Assembly (NCBI GenBank): GCA_963737635.1
Contig: CAVTTL010000001.1
Location: 2,176,001 to 2,240,000, forward strand
Direction of reading: 5' to 3'
DNA: 64,000 nt
Source of the DNA: an uncultured Methanoregulaceae archaeon
Lineage (GTDB): Archaea; Halobacteriota; Methanomicrobia; Methanomicrobiales; Methanospirillaceae
Shown here: positions 50,498-61,183 of the stretch, piece by piece
Position numbering within the stretch: position 1 is the stretch's first letter
How the letters are laid out: every line of letters begins with the position of its first letter
Notes under the pieces: generated by a model
Told to the model about the DNA's origin: nothing
What the model saw: the letters and a program-made list of their open reading frames with translations, nothing else
The model's database searches: none
Translations under genes and position numbers: made by a program

Positions 50498-50567
50498 ACG
50501 TGAGAGCGGTCTTTGGTTAATCTCAAAAAACAGCCCGTTCCAAAAAAAAAGTTCAAATCTCCGTCAT

Positions 50568-51092
50568 TTACCAGAACTCATCGTTGAGTTCTTTTATTAC
50601 TGCCGTTGCAAAGTCCTTTGCCACAGCCGGGCCGTTTGCTGTAATGATCCTGCTGTCAGTCACCACAGGCTGGCTGACAAGGACCGCCTTTCCTTTCTTC
50701 ATCTCAAGTACAGCAACAGGGCTCTCATAGACGGTCGCTTTCTTCTGCTTAAGGATCCCGGCCTTTGCAAGAACTACCGGGCCAAGGCAGATCGCACCGA
50801 CGACTTTGCCAGTCTCATGGAAATAGACCGTGAGAGGCACAAGCAGATCGTCGTCCCAAAGGTACGACTGGCACCCGGCACCTCCGATAATGATGAGGCC
50901 ACTATAATTTTTCGGGTCTATGTCATCAAATGCAATGCCGGCGACCGTTTTCCCGCCGAGCATTCCTGTACAGGTGCCGGGCCTGGTTGACGCGATATCA
51001 AACGTGATCCCGGCTTTGGTAAAGGCCGCGAGCGGTTCGGCCAGTTCTTCATCGCGATATTTTTCCGGTGCAATGGCAACAATTACTTTCAT
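50568..51092 (-). CDS. DJ-1/PfpI family protein
   Basis: YRDEE, IIGGAG, GAIC, ITANGP. Confidence 0.9.
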   Translation of the reverse strand: MKVIVAIAPEKYRDEELAEPLAAFTKAGITFDIASTRPGTCTGMLGGKTVAGIAFDDIDPKNYSGLIIIGGAGCQSYLWDDDLLVPLTVYFHETGKVVGAICLGPVVLAKAGILKQKKATVYESPVAVLEMKKGKAVLVSQPVVTDSRIITANGPAVAKDFATAVIKELNDEFW

Positions 51093-51279
51093 TGTAATCC
51101 GGGATGTTCTTTCTTCATATTTGAGGATTGGCAAAGAATCCGTTGAAAACATGTCACCAGAAAAGGTGTACATATGAGAAAACGTGGCCGGAACATCAGG
51201 GTTTCCCGTGCCGTTTTCACGTGCCTGCAAGCGTTTATCCGCATGCCCCGCCAACAGAGAGCAGCAAAATAACCATCCT

Positions 51280-52709
51280 ATGGCCGCCCCTCAGTTCCTC
51301 CCGATCCCTGAAACGATTCACGCGCTCGCCTGCGAGACCATCAGCCGCCGCATCGGGCGGCTCCCTTTTACCCGTGATGGTGTAGAGATCACCGAAAGCC
51401 TTGTTGGGATAACCCTGGAGTGCCTGAATGCAGAAGTCAGGCGGATCCTGCCTCTGAAAACGGGGGGACCGGCACCTGTCCCGGCTTGGCCGAATGCCTC
51501 AGCGAGCGTACCGGGAGCGATCAGGGCGCAACCGCACCGGTCATCGCCGGCATCCTGGTAACCGCGGGCCTTGCAGAGCCAGTCGAAGTTCTCGACACAG
51601 CCAATCACGTGAAAAGACAAGGGATCCGGCTCCTTTCCACATGGACCTGGCACATCGGATCAGGGGAATTTCCCACGAGCGGCGGCCAGTTTACCGGAGG
51701 AGAAAACGATGCGTGGCTTGCCCGGTGCCCGGTGTGCGGAACCGGCATACTCAGCCAGGTTACCGGTAAAAGACTGTTTGGTATTCCTCCCACCGATTAC
51801 TACCTCGACTGTTCCCACTGCGGTGCGAAATTTATCCCGGAAAAAGACCGGTTCCGGCTGGTTTCGATCGCACGGATTTCAGATCCACGATGGCGTCAGT
51901 ATCTCAATTCCTGCCGGACATCCGATGAATGGTCAGGACTGGTGCGGGAGGAGAGTCGTGCACAGAAAACGCCAGCCCGCATTGCCACATCACAGTACCG
52001 TATTGCCCCAAAAAAACCTGCGGTACCGGCTCCCCTTCCATTGGTGCGCCAGCATGAAAAATCCGAACGGCCAATCGAAGGCGTCCCGGTCCCGTTTTCC
52101 ACTCTCCGTGATGGGTCCCTGACCGTAGCCGGTACGACAAAAACCCTTTACTTCCGGTCCACAAAACTCCGGTTTTTAAGGGGAATCCGTCACGATCTCT
52201 TCAGCCACGCAGAGCGCACCCTTGAGCAGGCACTTGACGCACCGTCATTTTCTGAGATTAAACCGATCTTTGAACAGGAATATCGCCAATTCCTCCCGCT
52301 TCGGCTCGGACCGGTCACGGAAACGCTCAAAGAGAAAAACGACCCCCGCTACCGTTTGCTCCTCCATCGATACGGGGACGCCGATTTTGGCTCGTTTGCG
52401 ATGGATAACGAGGAAGAGGCACACCAGAAAGGGATCCTTATCGTATTTCTGCAGGGAAAACTCTGCCACATCGCCGCGTGTCACACAACGTTTGCGGATC
52501 TTGTTGACCGTTCTTTTGGAACCATCACAGCCGACCAATGCTATCGGGACGGTGACGAGACCGCGTGCAGGATCAATAACCTTCTCACCACGTTCCGGGA
52601 TACCCAAGCCGTCTGGCTTCACGAATTGGCAGATGACTGCTCTATCGATGCCCTTACGGCTGACCTGCAGAAACGCTACCTGAAGATTCCCGCGAGCCCA
52701 CCAGTATAG
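51280..52709 (+). CDS. Hypothetical Zn-ribbon protein with possible degenerate GIY-YIG-like C-terminus (frameshift near 51460)
   Basis: CPVC..CSHC; C-terminal GTIT..QCY.DG..T.CRINN. Confidence 0.6.
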
Positions 52710-52798
52710 TGCCAGATCCTGATAAGATCAGAGAATTTTTCATATCCTATGCGAACATTATACTTATCTACTCAGGTCAGAAAACGGGGAGAAACCGG

Positions 52799-54190
52799 AT
52801 GAAAAAGTGTCCGCACTGCGGGATGAATATCAGGGATAACGTCGAAGTCTGCGGGTATTGCGGAGGCGAGATTTCGCAGAAGCCGGCAGGACCCTCAGGT
52901 ATGAAAAGTGCGCAGGCCCCACAACGGAGCGTCCCGCCCAGGCCTGCCCAGAAAAAACCCCCGGTCGAGGAGCAGCCGGAGAGTGAAGAGGGGGAGGAAG
53001 AAGGGGGGGGCCTTTCTGCTATACTCCAGCCAGGCGAACAGGTTCTTATCGGATCTCTTAATGTATCGGTGAAAAAATTTTTTTTCCATGCATATCTCAC
53101 CAATAAGCGCATCTTCCTGATCGATACCCAGGAAAAGAAACTCAAAGTCACTGCAAAGGATATTCCACGTGACACGATAGCCGACAGTATTGTGGAATAC
53201 TCGGAGAATGCTGACCCGGTACTCGTGCTTTCGGTGAAATCTGCCGACGATGAGGTCAAGACCATGAAGCTGGTTTTTGCCCAGAGCGGTACAGATCGTA
53301 CTGGAGAGATCGACGACTGGATTTCGCTCCTCGGACAGGAGCCGGAACCAAAAAAATCCAAGCGGCCGGGTTCCATGCAGAAGGTGGCGGAACCACAGGA
53401 AGAAAGACATCTGGAAGAAGAGCCGGAGGAAGCGCTCCCGCCCCGTCCGGTGAAAACTGCCGTCCGCCAGGAAGAACTTCGCCCGGCCCGCAAACCCCTC
53501 AAGGAACACGAACGCCAGCAACCGGTAAAACGGCTTATACCCCTCGCACGCGAACCGGAGCCTGAACCGGAACCCGAACCGGAAGTCCAGCCCCAAAGAC
53601 GGGTGCAGATCAAGGCGGTAGAAGAAACGCAACCGCGCCGGGTACCTGTTTCCCGTGGAATTCCCACCCCCGTAAGAGGCGATTCGCAGCCGGTCAGGAA
53701 ACCCGAAGTACAAGCGGCGATGCGAACGGCGATGAATAATCCTGTACAGCCGGCGCGGCAGACCCAGATCCAACCGGTAAAAAACGTAATTTCAGAACCG
53801 GTCCGACGCCCTCTACCGGAAATGTCCCGGGAGGTTGTTACTGATGAGAGACCAGTAGTGCGGAGGACCGTCGTACCGCAAGAGCCGGCAGACAACCCGC
53901 AGTTCTGCCACAATTGCGGGAAGAAGCTTCCGGGTGAGGCAAACTTCTGCCCCGGATGCGGGACCCGTCTCGGGCGTTCACGGACCGACCCGATAGCACG
54001 AGTGTCAAAAACTGTGCCCCGACCTGCCGCGGCAGTGACCACACCACCATCTACGCAGCGCAGGATCCCAAAAATTGAAGAGGTGCAAGAGGAGGATGAA
54101 GAGGAGGATATCCAGCCTCGGCGCCCCCCGGTGAAAAAAACACCCAAAGGCAGCGACATGACCATCCTGCAGAAATTCCTCAGGCGTTGA
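52799..54190 (+). CDS. Double zinc-ribbon protein with PH-like domain and long low-complexity linker
   Basis: CPHC..CGYC; AYLTNKRIFL (PH-like); P/E/R-rich linker; FCHNCG..FCPGCG. Confidence 0.8.
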   Translation: MKKCPHCGMNIRDNVEVCGYCGGEISQKPAGPSGMKSAQAPQRSVPPRPAQKKPPVEEQPESEEGEEEGGGLSAILQPGEQVLIGSLNVSVKKFFFHAYLTNKRIFLIDTQEKKLKVTAKDIPRDTIADSIVEYSENADPVLVLSVKSADDEVKTMKLVFAQSGTDRTGEIDDWISLLGQEPEPKKSKRPGSMQKVAEPQEERHLEEEPEEALPPRPVKTAVRQEELRPARKPLKEHERQQPVKRLIPLAREPEPEPEPEPEVQPQRRVQIKAVEETQPRRVPVSRGIPTPVRGDSQPVRKPEVQAAMRTAMNNPVQPARQTQIQPVKNVISEPVRRPLPEMSREVVTDERPVVRRTVVPQEPADNPQFCHNCGKKLPGEANFCPGCGTRLGRSRTDPIARVSKTVPRPAAAVTTPPSTQRRIPKIEEVQEEDEEEDIQPRRPPVKKTPKGSDMTILQKFLRR

Positions 54191-54296
54191 ATTAACAGGT
54201 GCTGGTGCGTTAGCGTGACCCAGAGAAAAAGACTCTGTCGAAATAAATACCAAGCCAGTATTTAAAGAGTGTCGAAGATGCACCAGAACCCCGCCA

Positions 54297-55145
54297 TCAT
54301 TTCTTTTTCCCGTCAGGAAGCAGGGGAAACGGGGATCCTCCTCCCTCGATGAGCCGTTTCCAGTTGAACTGGCTGAATATTTTCATCTGCAGGATAGCAC
54401 CTTTGTTCCTGGTATTAAGGACCGAGACCGTGCCGGAGTAAAACGGCGGGATCATGAGGAGTTCTTCGTCGTCAACGATCAGTTCGAGCACATTGTCAAC
54501 TTTCATCAGTTTATGGATCTCCTCGAATTCCGGAGGAGCAAAGGGTGGCGGCTCGGCGAATTTATCCGGAGAGATTACATGGATATCTGCGTTCTTTCCC
54601 AGGAACCGTTCATGCAATCTTTTCTCGAGACCCGGTTCATCGGATACCACGATAAGCAGCAGAGAAATATCCTTTATCCGTATATTTTCAATGATCGGAA
54701 GGTACCGCTCACCGATCATGCATTGGATCTGCTTTTTTGCCTTCCTAAAAAGGTCACGAATCTTATATTCGATGTTTTTGTCACCATATATGGTCCAGAG
54801 AGCCTCCTCTTTCTCGGTTTGCACCGTTACCTTTTCCAGTTTTTCCAGTTCCGCCAGTGCCAGATCAGCTGCCGCTTGGTGGTTCCCCATGAGCAGGTCG
54901 ATAGCCATCTCCGGTGAAACTGCGCTGTACCGCGCCGGTTTTGAGACCTTTTTTAAAGCAAGCCCCATCTCCGCCAGATGTTCCAAGGCTTCGTAAACAC
55001 TTGGCTTGGAAAGAGAGAGATAATCAATCAGGTCTTTTGCTTCCGCATTGTCATACAAGACCAGCGCGGCATAGACCCGTGCCTCCGTGGACGAGAGCCC
55101 GAGTTCATGGAGCGATTGTACGAGAGTCGAGGAGATGCTCTCCAT
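54297..55145 (-). CDS. TrmB-family transcriptional regulator
   Basis: LGLS.TEARVY..L..SVYEAL..L..GL..PARY; ELIVDD. Confidence 0.9.
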   Translation of the reverse strand: MESISSTLVQSLHELGLSSTEARVYAALVLYDNAEAKDLIDYLSLSKPSVYEALEHLAEMGLALKKVSKPARYSAVSPEMAIDLLMGNHQAAADLALAELEKLEKVTVQTEKEEALWTIYGDKNIEYKIRDLFRKAKKQIQCMIGERYLPIIENIRIKDISLLLIVVSDEPGLEKRLHERFLGKNADIHVISPDKFAEPPPFAPPEFEEIHKLMKVDNVLELIVDDEELLMIPPFYSGTVSVLNTRNKGAILQMKIFSQFNWKRLIEGGGSPFPLLPDGKKK

Positions 55146-55234
55146 ATGAAAGGTAATAGTAACCGAGTCGTTAATAATCTTACTACTTTGATGGATACAT
55201 TATTTAAGTCCCAGCTGCAACTTAGAAACGTAAA

Positions 55235-55256
55235 AGTAGTAAAAAAATTTACTACT
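55235..55256. promoter_or_regulatory. Perfect inverted repeat AGTAGTAAA-N4-TTTACTACT (probable TrmB operator)
   Basis: Lies between divergent trmB and the ABC operon; related half-sites TAGTAA/TTACTA at 55157-55185. Confidence 0.65.
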
Positions 55257-55272
55257 CCATGAGGAAAGATAC

Positions 55273-56540
55273 ATGATCCAGAGACTCTCCCCTTCGGCTA
55301 CTCACAGTACCGGGGATCATTTGCACGAGAATAACCCGGGATGTCCGGGACAAAGGAAAGGAAATTTCGTTGGGATATCGCGTTCCCTGTGCGGCGCGTT
55401 TTTGGTCCTTGTCATCGCAATGGGCGTTCTGGCAGTACCGGCAGCGGCATACCCGACACCTTACTCCATGAGCGCTGATTCGAATGTGTATGTGTCCAAT
55501 ATCACGTACGACCCGGCCGTTTTTTTCACCGGCGACAGCGGGACCGTTACCTACACGGTGACCAACGGAAATACGAACACGAGCATGGTGGTCAACCACG
55601 CGGCGTTCAGCGATAACGACATGGATCTCACCAGTGGCACGTATGATGCGACGTTCAATATCGGACCTCTCCAGACCCAGGAGTATACTTTCTCGATAAC
55701 GACCAATGCAACCGATGGCATTTACTACCCGACATTCTCGATAACATTCCAGGACGGGCAGGGTATGCATTACCAGGGAATGGTCAAGGTCGACAATCGG
55801 CCGCTGGTCATGACCATCCTGAGCCGGCCGGATGCCTTTACCCAGGGTAAGAAAGACACGATCTGCGTACAGATCGCAAATCCCCGTGATAACGATGTGC
55901 ATAACGTCATCCTTGATGTCACCGGGAATAACGTCACCCTTTCGCCATCCAAGATCTATATCGGCGACTTGCCCGGGCAGAGCAGTACATCGATCAACTT
56001 TACTGCAATCCCGGCGGAGGAAACCACGCTCTCGTTGGCGGTAGGGTACGATAACGGCGACAATTACCACTCAGTGAATCTGACGCTTCCGGTCCAGTTC
56101 GGTGTCGATAAAACGCAGGCAAACCCGGTGATGAGCAACGTTGTTATTACCCTCACTAAAGGTGTCTATCAGGTTACCGGGGATATCACGAACGCCGGCC
56201 TGCTCACCGCAAATGGTGTCACGGTCACGTCCCTTTCCCCGGCTTCCCTCAGGACCCCGATGGCACCTATGTGATCGGCACCCTTAAGCAGGATGATTTT
56301 GGGACCTACGAAGTCACCTTCTCCGTCCCCCAGGGCACAACCAGTGTCCCGCTCCAGATATCGTACAAGGATAAAGACGGTAATGTGATCGCATCGGTAC
56401 AGCCGGTCAGCCTCGTCGGGATCCTTGATACCTCAGATCCGAACCAGCAGCCCAGTGTGATTCCCGGCATAGTTATCGTCCTTGTCATTATCGGCGGCGC
56501 TGGCTGGTACCTCTACCGGAAGAAACAGAAAAAACAGTGA
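55273..56540 (+). CDS. COG1361-like S-layer-domain protein (frameshift near 56248)
   Basis: DPAVFF.GD.GT, GIYYP.F, YIGDL, G.ITNAG; C-terminal YVIGTLKQDDF and TM in the second frame. Confidence 0.8.
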
Positions 56541-56554
56541 AAGGACAGTACGCT

Positions 56555-57226
56555 ATGCAACCGGTCATCCAGTTTTCTGACGTCGTCAAGATCTACCCGC
56601 TGAGATCAGGAGATGTGACCGCACTCGACCACATCTCTTTTGAAGTGGAACGCGGGGAGTTCATTGCAATCATGGGTCCGTCGGGCTCCGGCAAATCGAC
56701 ACTCCTGAACCTGATGGGGTGCCTCGATACCCCGACAACAGGGAATATCTTCATGAGCAGCATTGGGGTCCGGGATATGAGCGATACCGAACTGACAAAC
56801 CTGCGGCGGGACCATATCGGGTTTATCTTCCAGTACTTCAACCTCTTCCCGCTGCTCAATATTGTCGAGAACGTGAGCTTTCCCCAGATGCTTAAATCGC
56901 AGCAGCAGGTTGACGAAAAAAAAGCGGTTGAAGTCCTGCGTGCCGTCAAGCTCGACGAATTCCTCTTCACTCATACGCCTCTTGAATTGTCCGGGGGACA
57001 GCAGCAGCGGGTCGCTATCGCCCGGGCGCTCATCAACGATCCCGACATCCTGCTCTGCGACGAACCGACAGGCAACCTCGATTCAAAGACCGGTGCAAGC
57101 ATTATGGAACTTATGAGTGACCTGCACCGCAGGGGTGCTACGATCATCGTGGTCACGCACGATCCCAATATCGCAGAGTATACGGACCGCATTATCCATA
57201 TTGTCGACGGGAGAATCGCCCAATGA
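56555..57226 (+). CDS. ABC ATPase (LolD/MacB-like)
   Basis: GPSGSGKST, LSGGQQQRVAIARAL, DEPTGNLD. Confidence 0.95.
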   Translation: MQPVIQFSDVVKIYPLRSGDVTALDHISFEVERGEFIAIMGPSGSGKSTLLNLMGCLDTPTTGNIFMSSIGVRDMSDTELTNLRRDHIGFIFQYFNLFPLLNIVENVSFPQMLKSQQQVDEKKAVEVLRAVKLDEFLFTHTPLELSGGQQQRVAIARALINDPDILLCDEPTGNLDSKTGASIMELMSDLHRRGATIIVVTHDPNIAEYTDRIIHIVDGRIAQ

Positions 57227-58419
57227 GCACGATATTCTGGGAGATCTCCCGGAGGAATATCCGGCTCCACATGCTGCGTTCGACCCTTGCCATGCTCGGG
57301 ATCATTATCGGTGTGGTCGCGATCGCAGCCATGGGGATCCTCGGCAACAGCATGGTCCAGGTCGTCTCCGCGAGCCTCTCTTCCGTCGGAGACAGCGTCA
57401 TTGTCACCCCGTATGCCGGCGGAGGCGGGTTTGGGGGAGGAGGAGGAAGTTCCCAGAACCTGGAGCTCACCCAGCAGAACTACGAGCAGATCAAACGGGC
57501 AGTGGCTCCCAATGAGGCGATTCCCATACATTCGACCTCCGAGCACATGAGAGTGGGCGTCGGTAGCGATGATATCGTCGCCATGGTCTACGGCGTCCCG
57601 CCGGATCAGACAAAATACCTGCTTCCCGATCTTCAGGCCGGGGATTACAGCAACGGGAACTCAGGTTGCCTGGTTGGATCAACTTTTGCGACGGACCATA
57701 ATATCAACGTTGGATCGCGGATCTCCATTGGGCAGGATGGGCAGGACGGTACGCTCCGGGTCACCGGCATCATCCCTGAAAGGGGCATGAGCTTCGATAT
57801 CAGCACGGACAATGCGATCGTCGTCACCCAGGACTGGTTCGAGAGCACGTATAACGATAAGGATGAGTACAACGAAGTTGTCGTCAAGGTCACAAGCGGC
57901 GATACCGCAACCGTCAAAACGATCATCGAGGGCCAGCTCAACCGGAATATCAAGGAAAAAACCGTGACGGTGATTGACAGCAAGGCGACACTTGCGAGCA
58001 TTTACCAGACGTTTGGGACGATCACAACCTTTGTCACGGCAATTGGCGGCATCTCGATGATCGTCGCCGGCGTCTCGATCTTCAATATCATGATGATGTC
58101 GGTCAACGAGAGGATAAAAGAGATCGGGATCATGCGCAGCATCGGGACCCAGAAACGGGAGGTGATGAGCATGTTCATCTATGAAGCTGGAATCATCGGC
58201 ATCGTCGGGAGTGTTACCGGCGGCATTATAAGTCTCCTTGCTGGTTACGGGATAAGTGCCTTGATGCTTAAGACCACCAAGTACCTCTTCACCGTCTCAA
58301 GCATGTCGTCGGTAGTCGAGGGTGTCGTATTTGGCATTTTCATTTGTATTGCCTGCGGTCTGTATCCGGCATGGCAGGCAGCAAACCTCAACCCGATCGA
58401 CGCGCTGCGGCATGAATGA
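57223..58419 (+). CDS. MacB/FtsX-family ABC permease
   Basis: RSTLAMLGIIIGV; SVNERIKEIG.MRSIG; YPAW.AA.LNPIDALR. Confidence 0.93.
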   Translation: MSTIFWEISRRNIRLHMLRSTLAMLGIIIGVVAIAAMGILGNSMVQVVSASLSSVGDSVIVTPYAGGGGFGGGGGSSQNLELTQQNYEQIKRAVAPNEAIPIHSTSEHMRVGVGSDDIVAMVYGVPPDQTKYLLPDLQAGDYSNGNSGCLVGSTFATDHNINVGSRISIGQDGQDGTLRVTGIIPERGMSFDISTDNAIVVTQDWFESTYNDKDEYNEVVVKVTSGDTATVKTIIEGQLNRNIKEKTVTVIDSKATLASIYQTFGTITTFVTAIGGISMIVAGVSIFNIMMMSVNERIKEIGIMRSIGTQKREVMSMFIYEAGIIGIVGSVTGGIISLLAGYGISALMLKTTKYLFTVSSMSSVVEGVVFGIFICIACGLYPAWQAANLNPIDALRHE

Positions 58420-58497
58420 AGTTTTTTTATTGGGAGAATCTGCGAGGGCCCGTTCGCCAGATGTCCGATACCCGGAGAAAACTATAACCCACGGTAC

Positions 58498-58962
58498 CTA
58501 TGATGCAATCATGATCGGGATCCGTTCATCAGATCCTTTTTCCTGCGTAGGATGACGTATTGATGCTATCTCCGGCAAAGATTCGCTAGCCGATTCCCGT
58601 TGGGTATGCCCGGTCAGGATATCATTCTGGTGAGAAAGGGCTGCAAGAATCTGTCTGTTTGTTTCGAGTGCCTCTTTGGTGAGAGTGGAGAACTCTCTCA
58701 TGATCCTTGTCTGTTCGGTGATCAATGTGATCGCATCGGCAGATGTCATCCCGGTTTTTACATTCGGCAAGGTCGGCTGCCGTTTCTTTGCAAACTCGCT
58801 GCGGCGTTTCCACATCTTGGAGATATTATCAGGATCTTTCTTTGTATCGGGAAACACTTTGAGATACTGCTCAAAAAACTCATGACTGTCCCTGCATATG
58901 AGGACAAGGTCAATCTCCGCTTCCTCGACCACCTGGTATTTTCTGACAGTTTTCTCCTGCAT
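58498..58962 (-). CDS. Hypothetical protein with coiled-coil C-terminus
   Basis: Open frame with protein-like composition; divergent from the FlaD/E-like gene. Confidence 0.55.
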   Translation of the reverse strand: MQEKTVRKYQVVEEAEIDLVLICRDSHEFFEQYLKVFPDTKKDPDNISKMWKRRSEFAKKRQPTLPNVKTGMTSADAITLITEQTRIMREFSTLTKEALETNRQILAALSHQNDILTGHTQRESASESLPEIASIRHPTQEKGSDERIPIMIAS

Positions 58963-59286
58963 AGTAACTTTCTCAGTCCACCATACGCACTGATGGGAAT
59001 AAAGGACCGGCTCCGAGCGGTGTGAAAGTGATGGTACTCCGGATCTAGATTCTTTAATTAAATTCAAATATCGTTAGATCAAAAACCGAAACATAAATCT
59101 TGTTTGATTCTCCTCGTAACGATCTAATTTAGCATTTCACGCATCCATAGCTGCAATAGAACCGCCCTCATAGGTCTCTTTTTATCTATATAGTGTCTTT
59201 ATTTTTTCATAAAATGCCTAATTATTCATTTAATCGAAATAAAAACATTTATTAACAAAAAAATAAAGATGTGAAAAATAGAGATT

Positions 59287-60166
59287 ATGGCTGTAGATCA
59301 GACTCAAGTCGATAGTTATATTAGTGCAGCCTCAGCTGAGGATCCGGCTTCCAAATTGAAGAACCTAGAGGAAGAGATCAACCTCATTAAAACTTCAATT
59401 AAACGCCTGTTGCTGGATCTGCGGGATCGCATGTCTGAATTCCAAAGTTTCCCCCAGACCACGACTATATCCGGGGACGAGGCGATATCTCAGGCACCTG
59501 CCAACGCAGAGGAAGCGAGAAAATCTGCCTTGGAAGCGCGGGAAGCGGCCCTTGAAGCACGTGAATTCCAGATAGAAGCAACAGAAACCACATCGGAGAC
59601 AGACCGAAATGAAAATGCCTCGCCACTAAAACCAGATCAACCTCTCGAAAGCAGGAAAACGGTGAATGAGAGAACGGTCTCAGCTCAGACGCTGTTTGGC
59701 GTTTCCACAATCCCGCAGGCAGCCCCCGTTTCCTGAACCTGTCAGTCTCCAAAAAGCGTACAGGCTTTTTATCTGGACGCAGAAAGCGGTAAAAAAATTC
59801 GGGCAGGATCGGATAGAAATTATGCTTGAATCCTACCGGGTCATGGGATATATGCCGGGAAAATCCCGGGATGAGATCCTTGGGATCGTCCGTCTTATGC
59901 CGATGGACGTTGGCATTCTGCAAGAGGTCAGTGCGGAGGACTACGTCTCCGAAATCTACACACTAAAGAGGATTCTTACACCCGACGATACCTCTTTTGA
60001 ACGGGACATGATCGAAATTCTGATGGAACAGCGCAGAAAAGATGATCTCACAAGTAAAATGCCAACCGGAGAGGAAAATGTTCTGGAATACCAGATCGTG
60101 CATGGTCAACGTGGGATCTCAAGCAACAGACAGCCTGATTTGGAGAGAACTGATCTTCTTTATTAA
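59287..60166 (+). CDS. Archaellum accessory FlaD/E (ArlDE)-like protein (frameshift near 59700-59735)
   Basis: Coiled coil LEEEINLIKTSIKRLLLDLR; second frame LFIW...KFG..IE.MLE.Y..MGY. Confidence 0.6.
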
Positions 60167-60631
60167 TGTAGATAACGGTTCTGCGGTTAGTGACTAATAT
60201 TCCAGTTTATTAAGAATCCTCAATCAATTATCAACGCATCAGCACCAATTTTGAAGAGATCACCGGTCTCGCCGAGATCCCGGTATGGCATTACGTGGTT
60301 CATATCGTTTAGATCCACGTTCTGTCCAATTGAAGACACTTATGCGAACTTTATTAAACTTCCCGGTGAGTGCTGATACGGGTATCTCCCGTTTTTCTTA
60401 TCGTAAAAAATTCCTCGCCAACCGACAACTTATCAGAACAATATTGAGAGGTATTATGAAATAAAATCCCGGTTGATCGTTTACAATTACCTTAAATATT
60501 CAATAATTCATTTGTGTATTCCATTAAAAAGTCCAACCAAAACGTCTGAAAAAAGAGAAAGATTATCTCTGTACATGACGGATAATTGTAGAAGACGCCC
60601 CAGAACAGACACTTGACTGCGGAGAAGTACC

Positions 60632-60988
60632 ATGGATATAACCACCACGATACATGACATAGCAGCTGTCATTTCAGTAACAGGACGCGTCGACACGCTG
60701 ACCGCTGGTGACTTCGAAGGTTCCATAAACAGCTGCATCGATCAGGGCGATCGTCGGATCATCCTCGATTTTACGGATCTTGTCTATATCTCCAGCGGCG
60801 GCCTGCGGGTACTGCTTGCCACCGCAAAGAGACTACATAACGACGGGGACCGGTTTATTCTCTGCGGCCTCTCGATCGAGGTCCAAAAGGTCATGAACCT
60901 TGCCGGTTTTACGGCTATATTCTCTATCTACGCCACGGCATCCGATGCACTGGTTGCAATAGAAAAGCCTGCCGCACCCCGTACCTGA
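60632..60988 (+). CDS. STAS-domain (anti-sigma-factor antagonist-like) protein
   Basis: GRVDT..A..FE; ILDF..L.YISSGGLRVLL; LAGF. Confidence 0.9.
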   Translation: MDITTTIHDIAAVISVTGRVDTLTAGDFEGSINSCIDQGDRRIILDFTDLVYISSGGLRVLLATAKRLHNDGDRFILCGLSIEVQKVMNLAGFTAIFSIYATASDALVAIEKPAAPRT

Positions 60989-61183
60989 ACTCTTCTTCCG
61001 TTAAACTCTTGACCCGCACCTGAAGGGATATGTTCTGGCGTAAAGTACCGATATCAGACCCACCCAGATAGTCCTTGTGACAATATAGGGAACCAATGGT
61101 CCTTTACCAACATCTGTGACACGATAGAGGAGAATGGATATCAGCGAAAAAAGAAAACATTGTTTCCACAAGGAGGAGATCAG

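Noticed and set aside
53556-53585. (EP)n-encoding tandem repeat
   Set aside because: Ordinary low-complexity linker within a CDS
60200-60400. Possible decayed HAMP-domain fragment on the minus strand
   Set aside because: Needs frameshifts and has only a weak resemblance; not supportable without an HMM search
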